A stretch of DNA of 64,000 nucleotides, taken from positions 83,640,001 to 83,704,000 of the forward strand of contig NC_086108.1 in the NCBI RefSeq assembly GCF_963921235.1, given 5' to 3'. The DNA is from Mobula hypostoma (lineage: Eukaryota). Numbering within the stretch: the first letter of the stretch is position 1; each line of letters begins with the position of its first letter. Position numbers and translations under genes: made by a program. Of the stretch, positions 25,520 through 38,882 are shown piece after piece. Below the pieces are notes generated by a model. That model was not told the DNA's origin. It saw nothing but the letters and a program-made list of their open reading frames with translations, and made no database searches.

Positions 25520-26437
25520 GTTATATGTTAATGATTTGGCTGATGGAATTGATGGTTTTGTTGCAAAGTTTACAGATGATATGAAGTTAGGTGGAGGAGC
25601 AGGTAGTTTTGGGAAGTAGAGAGGCTACAGTGGACTTAGTCAGATTAGGAAATTAGGCAAAGAAGTAGCAGATGGAATACAGTCGGAAAGTGTATGGTCA
25701 TACATTTTGGTAGAAGAAATGAAAGGGTTGACTATTTTCTAAGTGGAGAGAAAATACGAAAAGCTGAGATACAAAGGGACTTGGGATTCCTTGTGCAGGA
25801 TTCCCTGAAGGTTAATTTGCAGGTTGAGTCTGTGATAAGGAAGGCAAGTTCAATGTTAGCACTCATATCTAGAGGACTGGAATATAAAAGCAAAGATGTA
25901 ATGTTGAGACTTCATAAAACACCAGTGAGGCCTCACTTGGAGTATTGTGAATAGTTTTAGGCACCACATCATAGAAAGGATGTGCCGTAACTGGAGAGGG
26001 TTCAAAGGTGGTTCACAAAAATGAATCCAGGTTTGAATAGCTTGTCATATGAAGATCATTTGATGGCTCTGGGCCTGTATTCACTGGAATTCAGAAGAAT
26101 GAGGGCTGACCTCATTGAAACCTAATGACTGGTGAAAGACCTTGATAGATTGGATGTAGAGAGGATATTTCCTATGGTGGGAGAGTCTAAGTGCAGAGGA
26201 CACAGCCTCAGAATAGAGGGGCGTCATTTTAGAATGAAGGTGAGGAGGAATTTCTTTAGCCAGGTCAAGTCTTTATATATATTTAAGGCAGAGGTTGATA
26301 GATTCTTAATTGGTCAGGGCATGAAGGGATATGGGGAGAAAGCAACAGGTTGGGGTTGAGGGAAATTAAATCAGTCATGATGAAATGGCAGAGCATACTC
26401 AATAAACCTATTGGTCTAATTCTGCTCCTATATCTTA
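25520..26437 (+). mobile_element. CR1 LINE 3' part
   Basis: ORFs 25694 and 26132 (QRDLG, VRPHLEYC, RGHSLRI, RNFFSQ); CTTATG-type tail. Confidence 0.9.
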
Positions 26438-26439
26438 TG

Positions 26440-28265
26440 ATTTTATGGCCTTTCCCCTACACAATGGCCATATCCTTCTATTTTCCTCACATTCAAGTGT
26501 CTATCCAAATACCTCTTAAAAATCCCCAATGTATCTGCCTCTACCACCACCCCAGGCAGGACATTCCACGTACCCACCACTCTGTGTAAAAAAAACTTGC
26601 ACCTCACATCCCCTTTGAAATTACCCTGTCACTGTAAGTGTATACCCTGTGGTATTAGACATTTCAACCCTGGGAAAAAGATACTGTCTCTCTACTCTAT
26701 CTATGGCTCTCATAATCTTGTAAACCTCTATCAGATCTCCCCTCAGCCTCCACCACTCTGGAGAAAATAGCGCAAGTTTGTCCACCCTCTTGTTATTGCA
26801 CATACTCTCTAATACAGGCAGAATCCTGCTAAGCCTCTTTTACACGCAGTCCAAAGCCTTGAATCCTTCCTATAATGGGGCAAGCAGAACTATAAACAAT
26901 GCTCTAGGTGGTCTTAACTCGAGTTTTATAAAGCTGTAATATAACTTCTTGACTTTTGAACTCAGTGTCTCAATGAATAAAAGCAAGCATGCCATATGCC
27001 TTCCTAACCACTCTATCAACCTGTGTAGCCACTGTAGGAAGCTATGAACATTCACCTCATGCTCTTTAACACTGTTAAGGATTTTGCCTTTAACAGTGTA
27101 CTGTCACTTTACGTTTGGCCTATTAAGGTGCAACACTTCATATTTGGCTGGGTTAAACTCCATCAGCAATATTCCATCCACCTCTACAACTGACCTACAT
27201 CCTACTGGTTTCTTTGCTAGTCCTACACTATCTGCAACACCACCAAACTTCATATCATCTGCATACTTACTAACCCACCTATCTACATTTTCATCCAGGT
27301 CATTTATATACATCAGAAACATCAGAAGTTCCAGTACAGATCCCTGTGGAACATCACTGATCACAGATCTCCAGCTAGAATAAATCCCTTCAACCATTAT
27401 CCTCTGTGATGCATGTGCAAGCCAGTTCTGAATTCAAATGGATAATTCACCTTGGATCCCAGGCAACTTTATCTTCTGGATGAGCCTCCCATGAGGGACC
27501 TTGTCAAATGCCTTACTTATATCCATGTAGACAACATCCACAGCTCTAACTTCATCAATCTCCCTTGTCACCTTGTCACAAGTATTCAATCAAGCTAGTA
27601 AGACACTACTTACCCTGCACAAAGCCATGCCGTCTCACCCTAGTTAGGCCATGATGTTTCAAACGTTCATAAATCCTATCCCTAATAATTCACTCCAGTA
27701 ACTTTTTAATAGAATGAGACTCGCCATTCTATAGTTTCTAGGATTATTCCCAGTTCCCTTCTTATATAATGGAACAACATTATCTACTTACCAGTCCTCT
27801 GGGCCATCGCTTGTAGCTAGATAGGATCAGAAAATATTAGCCAAGGCCCCAGCGATCTCTTCTCCTGCCTCTCTCAATAACCTGGGGTATATCCCATCAG
27901 GACCTGGGAACTTATCGACCTTAATATTCTTTAAGAGATCAACACTACCTCCTCTTTTACCTCAAAATACTCTTACACTCAGCACAGATCTCACTATCCA
28001 CCATGTCCTTCTCCTTGGCAGATACCGAAGTAAAGTACTCATTAAGGTTCTCAGCTGCATCAACCACATCCAAGCAAGTGATTCCCCCTTGCTTGTGTTG
28101 TCCTGCCCTCTCCCCAGTTGAGCTCTTGTTCTTGATGTATGTAGAGTATAGACCATTTTAGGATTTTCTTTAATCCTGCTTACCGCTGACTTTTCATGGG
28201 CCCTCCTGGCTTTCCTAATTCCCTTTTTGAGTTATTTTCTGACTTCTTTATAATCCTTAAGTGCT
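26440..28265 (-). mobile_element. CR1 LINE ORF2 fragment
   Basis: VPQGSVL, KYADDMK, RLRGDLIEVYKIM; tail-to-tail with the preceding copy. Confidence 0.9.
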
Positions 28266-29399
28266 CTGTTTGATTGTGCAGAACCTCTTGTGTTTCTGAA
28301 AATGTTTCATTTGGATTGACAGGCTGGATTTCTATGGGCAGACTCCTTTGGACAGAAAGCTGCAAATCTGACAATCCCAGTTATGTTGTGGCAAATCTGG
28401 TGGTACTCATTTCTGAAACTCAGACTACTGATTTGTGCTGACATGAATTCAATCCAGTATTTAACAAGAAGGATTTATTGCAAAATGTTCTAACCAAATT
28501 AGTTACTGACTTTTGCAAACCTCATTATTCCAGTAAGTTATGTTATCTTAGTATTCTCTTGGGTTATTACATCATCTCTAAAGGAAAATGCGAAGACAAA
28601 TGAAGGATGCCTTAACATGATTCATTTAGTTTCATTTGAGTTCAAATCTGCATCAGGCAAATGTTACATTGTTATGGCAGCCACAGTCTACAGTTCATTA
28701 TCGATGAAACCTTTTGCTACAGATGGCATTGGCCTTATCATCAATTATTAAGGCACTGTGTAGTTTGCACACAGCTCATTATAAATGGAAGAAACAGAAA
28801 GAACATTGCACTTCTGACAAACCCGATATCAAATGCTGCAGATCTGGAGACGAGTCTGAATTCAAGCAAGGATATTCTGCTTCTTTTAACCACGTTTAAT
28901 TCTTTGAATTTTCTTAATGGTCATAAATGTTATAATGGGGAAAATCATCTTGGACAGGCACCCTGCGCTTAGTTTTTACAGGTGTGAAGGACCTGGCTCA
29001 CTGATCACTGCACACTCATGGGACCCAGTGGGTGGAGTGAGTTCAAAGCAAGCAGTAGGCTACTGGATGAGACCGTGCCCCTGCAATGTCCCTTACCAAG
29101 GTGTTACTCAGAGACGTTACAAATATTTGAGCAATATTTTTTAAAATAGTAAATTAAAATTATAATTTCTAGCATATTAAAACTATCAAATCATTAAGAA
29201 TATTAAAATCAACTATTAGACTTTTCCACGGTCATCCACTTCCTATGAGTGACTGGACTTTCCAGGCATAGAGGTGAGGGACAGATCTGGAGCGTCTCTT
29301 CACAAAGGCATAACTGCATCACTTGGCTCAATGGTGGGCTCCGGGACATGCTACCATAAGCTGCCGGGTTTCTTTGGAACTGGCAGCCATCAGTCTGCC

Positions 29400-30990
29400 A
29401 AGAAACAGAAACTACAAAACATGCATCAATGTGTGTTACATACCTGGTTTATGGGTTTATCCTGTTCCCATCAGATCAGCAGCACCCCATATGTCTTATT
29501 TGTAATACTGTACTGTCTGATAAGTCCAGGAAACCATCAAGATTGCAGAAACACTTCCATAAAAGACAACATGAAAATGCTACTTATAGTATTACTCAGG
29601 ACCAGAAGATGAAAGAGGCATTCGAAAAGAGTTGCTCACTCAAGTTATTTGCCAAGAAAGCTAAAAAAATGACCTTGATACATTGCTTCTCATAACATTT
29701 CCAAAATGATAGCAGATGTGGAAAATCTAATACAATTGGTGAAAGATTAATAATGCCTCCTGTATCAGAAGTGTTCACCACTGTTCTCAAAATGGTTGCC
29801 AGTATTTTAAAATCAATACCTCTGAGTAATAATGTTGTAGCTCATCGTATTGACTAAATGGGTGAAGACATTGAGTACCAACTATGCACAAAGCTATAAA
29901 AATAGAATTTGGGATACAACTGGATGAGTCAACTGAGTGAGACAATGAGGCATTGCTAATTGCATACGTACGGTTTATCAAAAATGGAAAAGTTTGTGAA
30001 GAGTTTCCCTTTTATAAAAAGTTAAAAACAAATATCAATGGAAAATCAATCCATGATGAGTTCAAGTTATATATTGAGGATACAAGTATTTTGATTAGAA
30101 ACGTGATTTCTTGTGCAACAGACAGAACACCCTATATGACAGGTCGCCATGCCGGTTTAGTGAGATTTATGAAAAAAGAAATTCCAAGTCTGTTTGCGTT
30201 CCATTGTGTAATTCATTGTCAACATCTCACAGCCAAAAACCTCAGCCAGCAATTTCTTTTTCAAACATAACTCTTGTAATATCTGCTAACAAAATTAAAG
30301 CTTACCCATTAAGTAGCAGAATACTTCACCAGTTATGCCAAGAAACTAATGAAGAGTGCAAATGCTTGCTTCTTCACATTGAAATGTGTTAGATATCAAA
30401 AGGCTGCTGTTTAAAACATTTCTTTGATCTTTTTGACACTGTGGTTGAATTATTGCTCAAAGTTAACAAGAGTTTGGGAAACAAGATTGAAGAACATGGA
30501 GATGTGGCATACCTAGCCAATCTGTATGACAAAACGAACATTCTGAATATGAAACTACAGGGTGAGAATTTCAATTTAATCCAGGCAAAAAGTGCAGTGT
30601 CAACTCTTATCAGAAAATTAGAAATATATAAGCAAAACAGTGGGAGAAGAGTGTTCTCATAGTTTCTATGCATGGAAAGTTAGGTACTCTCTTTCATAGA
30701 TGGTGATTTGCAAGAGTACTGCTTACACCTGCAGTCACTGGAGAAGGATTTTCAGAATTGATTCAAGGATTTGAACAATCTCAAAATTCCATACTGGATA
30801 GTTAACCCATTTCTTTGCAAGGTGGAAGAACAGGAAGAGAGCTTGCAAGAAGAAATTATTGAAATTCAGAATGAGGAAGAAGCAAAAATGCTTTTCAAAA
30901 AATGTCAGCTTTTGTGGTATGTGGCTACACTATCATCCACTACTTACCCCATCTACTTACATTTGGCTATGGAAAATAAAGCTACTTTGG
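29400..30990 (+). pseudogene. hAT-Charlie/Buster transposase fossil
   Basis: BED finger PICLICNTVLS..KPSRLQKH, PLSNN, QLDEST, LIAYVRF, ATD..YMTG, HCVIH, VAYLA.LY..N.LN.KLQG; many stops; termini not found. Confidence 0.88.
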
Positions 30991-31574
30991 TGTAAGAGAG
31001 AAAAGTTAAATGAAAAGTCAGTATGTCTCACTTTCACAGCAAAACAACAGCATATGGTGAAATGCAGACATTTATCCTTGCACTGATGCCTAATTCTAAT
31101 AATTAGCTGACAATGGCTGCAAAATTTATATCCTTGCAGGCTGATAATAGGATTTTCTCCAATGTAATGATACTTGGGCTTTGCAGAGAGAATGTCTCAT
31201 TCTTCACTGAGAAAGCTCTGTTTATTGTATTTGTGCTTTATCGACTGACTGCAGAATGAGGTACAGGGGTGACGGTTTTTTTAATTCCTGTCTGAAGAAG
31301 TAGAAAGATGCTTCTGGCTTCTGTCTGGAGGATTCCTATATAAGTATCATACTTTAACAGAAATAAAGTTACTCTATGAAGAAGAAAGTGAGTCAAAGGC
31401 CAGGTTTTTTTTATTCCTCCTAAGTGTGAGCACATGTGTGATCTAATATTTTAAAATCATAACGTCTTCCCAGTTTTTTCTCATCTGCTTACTCTGTCGT
31501 CATCCGTGGATTGTTCATCTCCAGTCTAGATAATTCTAAAGCGCTGTTGTCCATCATTCTATTCTCTAATTTTG

Positions 31575-32250
31575 GATTTCAGATTCAGATTTATTTATCA
31601 CATATACTTCAAAACATATAGTGAAATATGTCTTCTGTAGTAACAACCAAGACACCCAAGGATGTGCTGAGGGCAGCCCGCAAGTGTCGCCACATATTCC
31701 GATGCCAGCATAATATGACCACAATACTTGGCGGAACAACACAGAACACAACAAAACAGGACATGTCAAAGCAGCAACAGCAAATCAAAGCCTGTTCCTC
31801 CCTTCCATCACATATCCACAGTCCTTTAACCAAGGACGTGCCGTCTTCTTCAGCCTTCAGTCTCCAATAGAATTGTGGATTCATAGTCACTGGGCCCCAG
31901 CATCCCTAACAGACTCACAGAGATTTGCAGACACAGTCCTTAACCATCAGGCCTTGATTTCTGGAGTTCACATCAAACTTTGTGCTTTGATCTAGACCTC
32001 TGATAGACCTTTGGGCTTTGATAATGCTTTGGGCTTGGTATTAACCCAGATTGAGCTTTGGGCTTGGTATTAACCCAGGATTCACAGTTGAGAATCCTGG
32101 TTGAAGGCCCTGACACCAGGCCTAGAGTGCCGGACTCGCTAATGACGGAACACCTCAAACTCCGGTCTTACCGATAGCAGGACCCTGAGTACCTTGCTAG
32201 TCTTCCAACCCAACATCTGACCATGCCCTCACTACTTGCCTTCAAATGCA
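31575..32250 (-). mobile_element. Non-coding retroposon with Rex-type tail
   Basis: Ends (minus strand) in AATAAATCTGAATCTGAA like Rex1/Babar tails; no RT; ~25-bp internal duplication at 32026-32079. Confidence 0.5.
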
Positions 32251-32388
32251 GAGAAGAGGCTCAGAATCCAGTTTATCCTCTAATTCCCCCCATATAATTT
32301 TAGTCTATTATAAACCAAGTCCACCTGTACATACACAGGTATACCTCATTGTATATAGTTCACGATTATTTGCACTATTGCATTGAAA

Positions 32389-32929
32389 CTCTAAATTCTC
32401 CAAAGCCTTCAATTTTAAATATTATCCCTGTAGTTAAATCCCTTTATGGCCTCATGCTTCCACCTTTTGTGACATATCTCTCATTTTTTACTCCTGTGAC
32501 TCTGGTCATTTCAACATTTCCCCACTCCATTCACTCCACCTCTGGAAACATTTCCTTTAGCTCTAAAATGTTCTTCCTGAAACTTTTCCATGTTATTTTC
32601 TTCTCTACGATAATGCTTTGATAGGGTGGTGCTTTGACAGGATCCAGGAGACTGATGTGTGATGTATATTGAATAAGCTTCAGCCTGTATCCCTGGGACT
32701 TCTGTCAGTGGAGACAGCTCGAATGATTTTAAGAAGACTGAATACAGGAAGACAATTGCTACCATATTACATACAACCAAAGACAAATTTCTATCTCCAA
32801 AATTCCTACCATATTCCTCAACAGACTTTAGATGGGTTGGATGTCCAGGATTTTCCATGTGAGAATGGGAAAACTTTTGAAATGAGACAAACAGCAAAAT
32901 AGAAATTGAAGGCTTTGGAGAATTTAGAG
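32389..32929. repeat. Perfect 27-bp inverted repeat pair
   Basis: CTCTAAATTCTCCAAAGCCTTCAATTT at 32389-32415 and its exact reverse complement at 32903-32929. Confidence 0.9.
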
Positions 32930-33231
32930 GGGAGAATTTTTGTAAGAGAGTTAAGCAGGGCAAAATCTGTACTCCATAAAAAAAAAATCAATACCAATCG
33001 ACTTACACAAACCTTGCTTAGCTGTTTCCATTAACTGGAAAGTAAAGGAAAACGTTCCACAAAATATTCCAAATCCACATCTTGTAAAAACATATCCATT
33101 ACATCAGCACAATAATGTGCTGTACAGTAGGAAAAAGTGTGAAAACATTGAGAAAAATAAGAAGTTGGCAAAAACAGAAATTAAGATTGGACAGAGTTTG
33201 AATTTTCACAAAAATGGGAGGGATGGTGTAA

Positions 33232-34013
33232 TACCATAAGACCAGAACATATAGGAGCAGAATTTGGCCATTTGGCGTATCAAGTCTGCTCTGCCATTTC
33301 ATCATGGCTGATCCATTTTTCCCCAATCTCCTACCTTACCCCCCAGATCCCCTCATGCCCTGACCAATCAAGAACCTATCAACCTCTGCCTTAAATATAC
33401 ATAAAGACTTGACCTCTATACTGAGGCTGTGCCCTATAGACTTCAATCCTCCCACCATAGGAAACATCCTCTCCACATCCACTCTATCAAGACCTTTCAC
33501 CTTCCACTATCTGATAGGTTTCAATTAGATCACCCCTTCTTCTTCTGAATTCCAGTAAATCCCAGAGTGCTTTTCACATAACAATCCATTCAATCCTGGA
33601 ATTATTTCTCTGAAACTCATTTGAACACTCTCTATTTTCAGCACATCCTTTCTAAGATAACGGGCTCAAAACTGCTCACAGTACTCCGTGAGGCCTCACC
33701 AGTTCTTTATAAATTCTCAACATTACATCCTTGCTTTTATATTCTAGTCCTCTTGAAATGAATGCTGACATCACATTTGCCTTCCTCACCCCAGACTCAA
33801 CCTGCAAATTAACCCTTAGGGAATCCTGCGCATGGTCTCCCAAGTCCCCTTTGCACCCCAGTTTCTTGTATTTTCTCTCCATTTAGAAAATAGTCAACCC
33901 TTTCAACCAAACTGAATGACCATACACTTTTCAACACTGTATTCCATCTACCACTTCTTGCCCATTCTTCTAATCTGTCTCAGTCCTTCTGTAGCCTCTC
34001 TACTTCCTCAAAA
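33232..34013 (-). mobile_element. CR1 LINE 3' part
   Basis: ISRGLEYKSKDVML..LVRPH; CTTATGG tail. Confidence 0.9.
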
Positions 34014-34118
34014 ATGTGTTAGATTATTTTTTAAAACATTGGATAAATGTCTGAACTGTTCAAAATGACAAAATAACTCTTTTTGAGCTCACAGTATGTA
34101 GAATCTACATTGTTGTGT

Positions 34119-34158
34119 TTACCTTGTACAGACATTGTAGAGTGTCTGTACAAGGTAA
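34119..34158. repeat. Hairpin with 16-bp perfect arms
   Basis: TTACCTTGTACAGACA-TTGTAGAG-TGTCTGTACAAGGTAA. Confidence 0.9.
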
Positions 34159-35367
34159 GCACTAGGTTTGTCAATGCCTAATATTTGTTGATAGCAGCTA
34201 GGTTATCTCTTATTCTCATGCACCAATATCATGAGGATGTCTGCTAGTGACTGTTGGTCCCTTTGGTTGATGGATTCTTTCTTAGTGTCTGTCAAGTTGG
34301 CTTGATGGATTTTTTTTTGTATTCAGGCTTATCACTTATATGTAAAATTAATGCCCTTCTGTAAATTCAAGGAATGTAGTGTCCAAAATATTGGTAGATT
34401 AAAGGAAAAGGAATGATCACTAAAGTATCTAATTGATTTAAAGGTGCATGTGGATTACTGTGTTATTGAGTACGTCTTATTTGAATGAAAGAATCTAAGC
34501 TGAGTTAATGGCATTAGAACAGAAGATCAAAAAGTTTGTCTCAGTGTGCCTCTCTATGCTTGTAGAACTAGTACTTATTGGGACACCTTCCCTTAGTTTG
34601 ACAGACTTCAACTGAGGACTGAAAATTGTGATCAGTGCCTGGGGCCCAGAGGTGGTTTCACGAGTGAGTCAGAATTCAGTGTTCTCCCAACAACAGCTAC
34701 AATCATTTGGTGATTAAGAATCATAGGCAATGAAATCTTTGTGGAAATCTTTTTAACTTGCTATGTATTATTTTTTGTACTTTATTTGTGCTTTCTATTT
34801 TCTGGTAATAAATTAAGCTTGAGTTACTTTGTTGTGCTTGGGTGCTTATTACCACATCTCCTGTACACTCGAATTGTTTGGGTCTGATCAACCCAGTCCA
34901 TTGCAGATGGGTGGCCAAATTGCGAATGTAATCATAAACATGGATCTGGTTTAGGAAAGGCATAAGGCCAAGTAATAATGTTCATCATTCACAGAAATTA
35001 CATTAAAACCAGTGAGACCTTGGGCGAAAATATTAATGCTTATAAAGCTGAATGCACTCCCACAAAAGCCATCTAATGTGATTCACTTTGCTGCTAAACT
35101 ATACATGTGGATGTAAATAGTGTAAGTTGTTGTAGGAAGCAATTTGTCCTGGAAATGAAAAAATCCCTCTGTAATCACGTTTAAAACAAACATTAAAATA
35201 TAATTATTAATAACCTATATTTCTTGAACAAACAATATACTAATTTCATTTATTTGCACTCATAAATAAATTATTGCTCAAACCAAATTATTTTGAGTTA
35301 TTTTAATAAAGGCATTGCCTATTTATATTCAACATGGTTCTCCAAAAGACTTAAATCAATTATGGTA

Positions 35368-35504
35368 CAAATATGAGAAAATCTGCAGATGCTGGAAATC
35401 CAAGCAACACACACAAAATGCTGGAGGAACTCAGCAGGCCAGGCAGCATCTATGGAAAAGAGTAAATAGTCTATGTTTTGGGCCAAGACCCTTCATCAAG
35501 ACTG
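35368..35504 (-). mobile_element. Penelope-derived short element starting at hammerhead motif
   Basis: Minus strand CAGTC-TTGATGA-AGGGTCTTGGCCC-AAAACATA-GACTA followed by the shared tail. Confidence 0.78.
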
Positions 35505-36048
35505 ATCAATTATAGTGCCAATGTCAAAAAAACATAAATGTTACTTTAGCAGTTTCAGAAGAGTGTACAGGGCTGGAAAAAAAATTAAAGTCCTTACGGT
35601 CAATCCCAAAGGTAAATATTGCTCTTGATTATTTACAATCATTCATCATCATTTGAAAATAAAGGTGGCTATCCTCTTCAAAATGCATGTCTATCTCCAC
35701 TCCATCTTGGATAAGAGGTTAATTCTATTTCATTTACCAGGCTCTCAGTAGGGCTGTTAATTTTAAAATGGCATTTGGTTTCAACTACAATATGAAGAAT
35801 TTGTCTTGCTGAGTTTGACTGAGTGCTTTTGATTATTCATTGGTTCATTCAAACATACACCCAGTGTTCAGGGAAATTGAAATATTGGATTAGGAATATT
35901 GGATTACCCTCCACTGGCATTTTAAGGATAAGTATCCATCTTCATTTTGACTGATCTACCTGAATGAGACTAGAAAATCAACTCTTCATATGCAAGTGAC
36001 CAAAAGAGGAAAAAAACCGATGATAAAGATCTTTGTTCAGAGGGTGGT

Positions 36049-36924
36049 TTTCTTCTTAATGTGCCTTACGCGTTACACGCTTGGGCGATCATGGCTCTCC
36101 ACATCGAACGATCCCTCGCGGTGTCAATGATATCTCGCACACTTAGATCTGTTAGTTCTTTCACAGTGTTCATATATTTTCTTCTTCATCTTCCTCTTCC
36201 GCGTTTCCCAGGCATACAGCCTTGTAATGTAAGGCATTCTATTTTTCCCTTTCTGATGACATAGCCCAGGAATTTAAGTTTCCTCTCATTTAATGTTCTC
36301 ATTAAAGATCTTTTTGTATGGGCACGTTGGAATACTGACTCATTAGGTACCCTATCTCTATATGATATTTTCAGCATTCTTCTAAGAAACCACATTTCTG
36401 CTGCTTCTAAGTTTCTTTGGAGTTCTGGTGTTATAGTCCATGTTTCAGAAGCATACAGCAAGATTGACCAGATGTAACATTTTAGTAGCCTAAGCCTTGT
36501 TGTCATAGAAATGTGTCTGTTGGTAAAAATGGGTTTCATTTTTTGGAAGTTGATTTTGGCAATGGCAATTTTTCTTTTTATTTTTATTTACTTCTAGCAT
36601 CTTGTGATATAAAACTACCAAGGTAATTAAAGCTGGTCTTTTGTTCAATCTCTTGGTTACCGATGTGCAATTGGCAGTTGGGAGTATCCTGCTGTTTTGA
36701 AATTACCATACTTTTTTTTATATATACTGTTGAGGGTTGGATCAAAATCTGCACTTGTTCGTACTACTTCGTCTAGGAGGATTTGTAGGTCTTCTGCAGC
36801 ACTTGCTATTAGGGTGGTATCATCTGCATATCTGAAATTGTTTATGTTAACATCTCCAATTTTTATCCCATCTAGGTCTTCCATTTATCTGAGAATCATT
36901 TCACTATATATATTAAATAATTCT
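36049..36924 (-). mobile_element. RTE LINE, second family
   Basis: INNFRYADDTTLIAS, LLYASETWT, LEAAEMWFLRRML; (AAG)n tail; GGTGGT on both flanks. Confidence 0.88.
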
Positions 36925-36971
36925 GGTGGTATGAGTATGAAAGTTCATCTGCAACATTTAAGAGAAATTGG

Positions 36972-37085
36972 GTAAGTACACGGATGGGAGGGGTATGGCA
37001 AGCAATAGAACAGGTGAGGATTAGGCAGAATAACAGGTTGGCATGGACTGTTTGGGCCAAAGGGCTTGTTTCTGTGCTCTAGTGC
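36972..37085 (+). mobile_element. Short CR1 3' end
   Basis: GGCATGGACTGTTTGGGCCAAAGGGCTTGTTTCTGTGCT 3'-UTR motif shared with the other CR1s. Confidence 0.7.
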
Positions 37086-37314
37086 CCAATACTTGTTTCA
37101 CATAAATGAGTTACCATGAGGGTGGTTCAAGATCAGCATCAGAAGACGGGATGGAACTTGGGACTCTACTTGCTACATCACACCTCCAGTTCCTTCTGAC
37201 TCTGTTCTTAGCTTTTCAATATCACTCACATGGCAGAGGTAGCACTTGCTTTTCTCTACCTAACCATGCAATTTTGCAGCTATCTATTAAGTCTTAACGA
37301 ACTTCGTTCTGAAT

Positions 37315-38280
37315 GTGGTGGTTATGGCATCCGTTAGTCTCACAAGACCATGGATCTGCACCTGGAAAGTCTTGCTTCAGCTGTGTTAGAACAGCGTCTG
37401 TTGTGACTGTAGAGTCCCACACGGGAGTGACAGTCTCGGCTGCAGCGACTGCACTTGAAGGCGCTGTCCTCCAGTGTTATCTTGGTGCTGTTTTTCTGAC
37501 GAGTGCACTTTTCTTCAGCAGCAAGCCTCAGCTTCTCTTCTCTTTTTAGACCTCTGCGTAGTTCCAGCCTCCAGTGAGAGCGATCACTTGCGATGTCCTC
37601 CCACCTCTCCATGTTCATTTTCAGTGACTTCATGTCTCTCTTGCAAATGTCTTTGAAACGAAGATGGGGCTGCCCTTGTGCTCTCTTGCCAGAGGCCAGT
37701 TCCCATTATAGCAGGTCTTTCGGGATCCTCCCGTCTGACATGCGGTGTACGTGGCCCAGCCAGCGGAGACGGCGTTGTTGGAGCAGGGTGAAGAGGCTGG
37801 GTATCTGGGCTCGGGCCAGGACCTCATTGTTGGTGACTCGGTCAGTCCATGTGATGTCCAGGATGCATCAAAGACTGCGAAGGTGGAAGGTGTTGAGTCG
37901 TCACTCTTGTCTGTAGTAGAGGCTCCAGGTCTCGCTGCCGTAATGCAGTGTGCTGAGGACGCAGGCCCTGTAGACTGCAACTTTGGTGTGCGTCATCAGC
38001 TTTCTGTTCTCCCAGACTCTGTCAGCCTGGCGAATGTCGAGGCTGCTCGTCCGATCCGTCTATTGATCTCAGGGTCTAGGGAGAGGCTGTCTGTGATGGT
38101 GGGGCCAAGGTATATAAACTTGTGAACTACCTCCAGCTCGTAGTTGTTGATGGTAATGGCAGGGGGTTGCTCAACGCCTTGGCCCAATACATTGGTTTTC
38201 TTCAGGCTGATGGTCAAGCTGAAGTCCTGGCAGGCTCTTGAGAAGCTGTCCATGAGGCATTGCAGTTGCTCTTCAGAGTA
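37315..38280 (-). mobile_element. RTE (Expander-like) LINE with C-terminal C2H2 finger
   Basis: ISLKKTNV, FIYLG, RRIGRAASTFARL, CSRCSRDCHSRVGLYSHNRRC; 12-bp TSD TTC(G/A)TTCTGAAT at 37303-37314 and 38281-38292. Confidence 0.88.
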
Positions 38281-38574
38281 TTCATTCTGAATACTTACCA
38301 ATTAAATACATCTATTCCTGCATTTGTCTCCATCTAAAATCATGTCTGCTTGATTTTCAGAATCCAAGTCATCAGAATCAGAATTGGGTCTAAGATCGCT
38401 GGCATGTCATGAAATGTGTTGTTATGCAGCAGTAGTACAGTGCAATACAGTACGTTATAATAAAACTGTAAATTACAGTAAATACATACAATGTCTATAA
38501 GAAGTATTCACACCCCTTGGAAGTTTTCATGTTTTATTGTTTTATATTGAAAAGTGCAGATCAGGAGATGGATA

Positions 38575-38882
38575 GTCAAGTCAAGTCAAATTTATTTATA
38601 AAGCACATTTAAAAACAACCCATATTGACCAAAGAGCTGTACAAACCATAACAGGTAGCTAAAATCACAAATACAAGAAACACAGATATAAACAACAAGG
38701 CAAACAGCTTATAGGCACAAAATAAACAACACATGAGCCAAGGCACAAGCCAAAAAATAAAGGTAAGTTTTGAGCCTGGACTTAAGAGTCGATGGGGAGG
38801 GGGCAGATCTGATAGGGAGGAGAATGCTGTTCCACAGTCTAGGGGCTAAAACAGCGAAGGCACAGTCACCTCTGAACTTAAA
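38575..38882 (-). mobile_element. L2 LINE 3' end inside Tc1 transposase
   Basis: RGDCAFAVLAPRLWNSI..LKSRLKTYLY; (TTGAC)n tail. Confidence 0.85.

Noticed and set aside
28715..28900. Possible exon after TTTTGCTACAG
   Set aside because: No recognisable protein in any frame and no convincing donor.
29400..30990. Domesticated ZBED/SCAND-type host gene
   Set aside because: Numerous stops and frameshifts.
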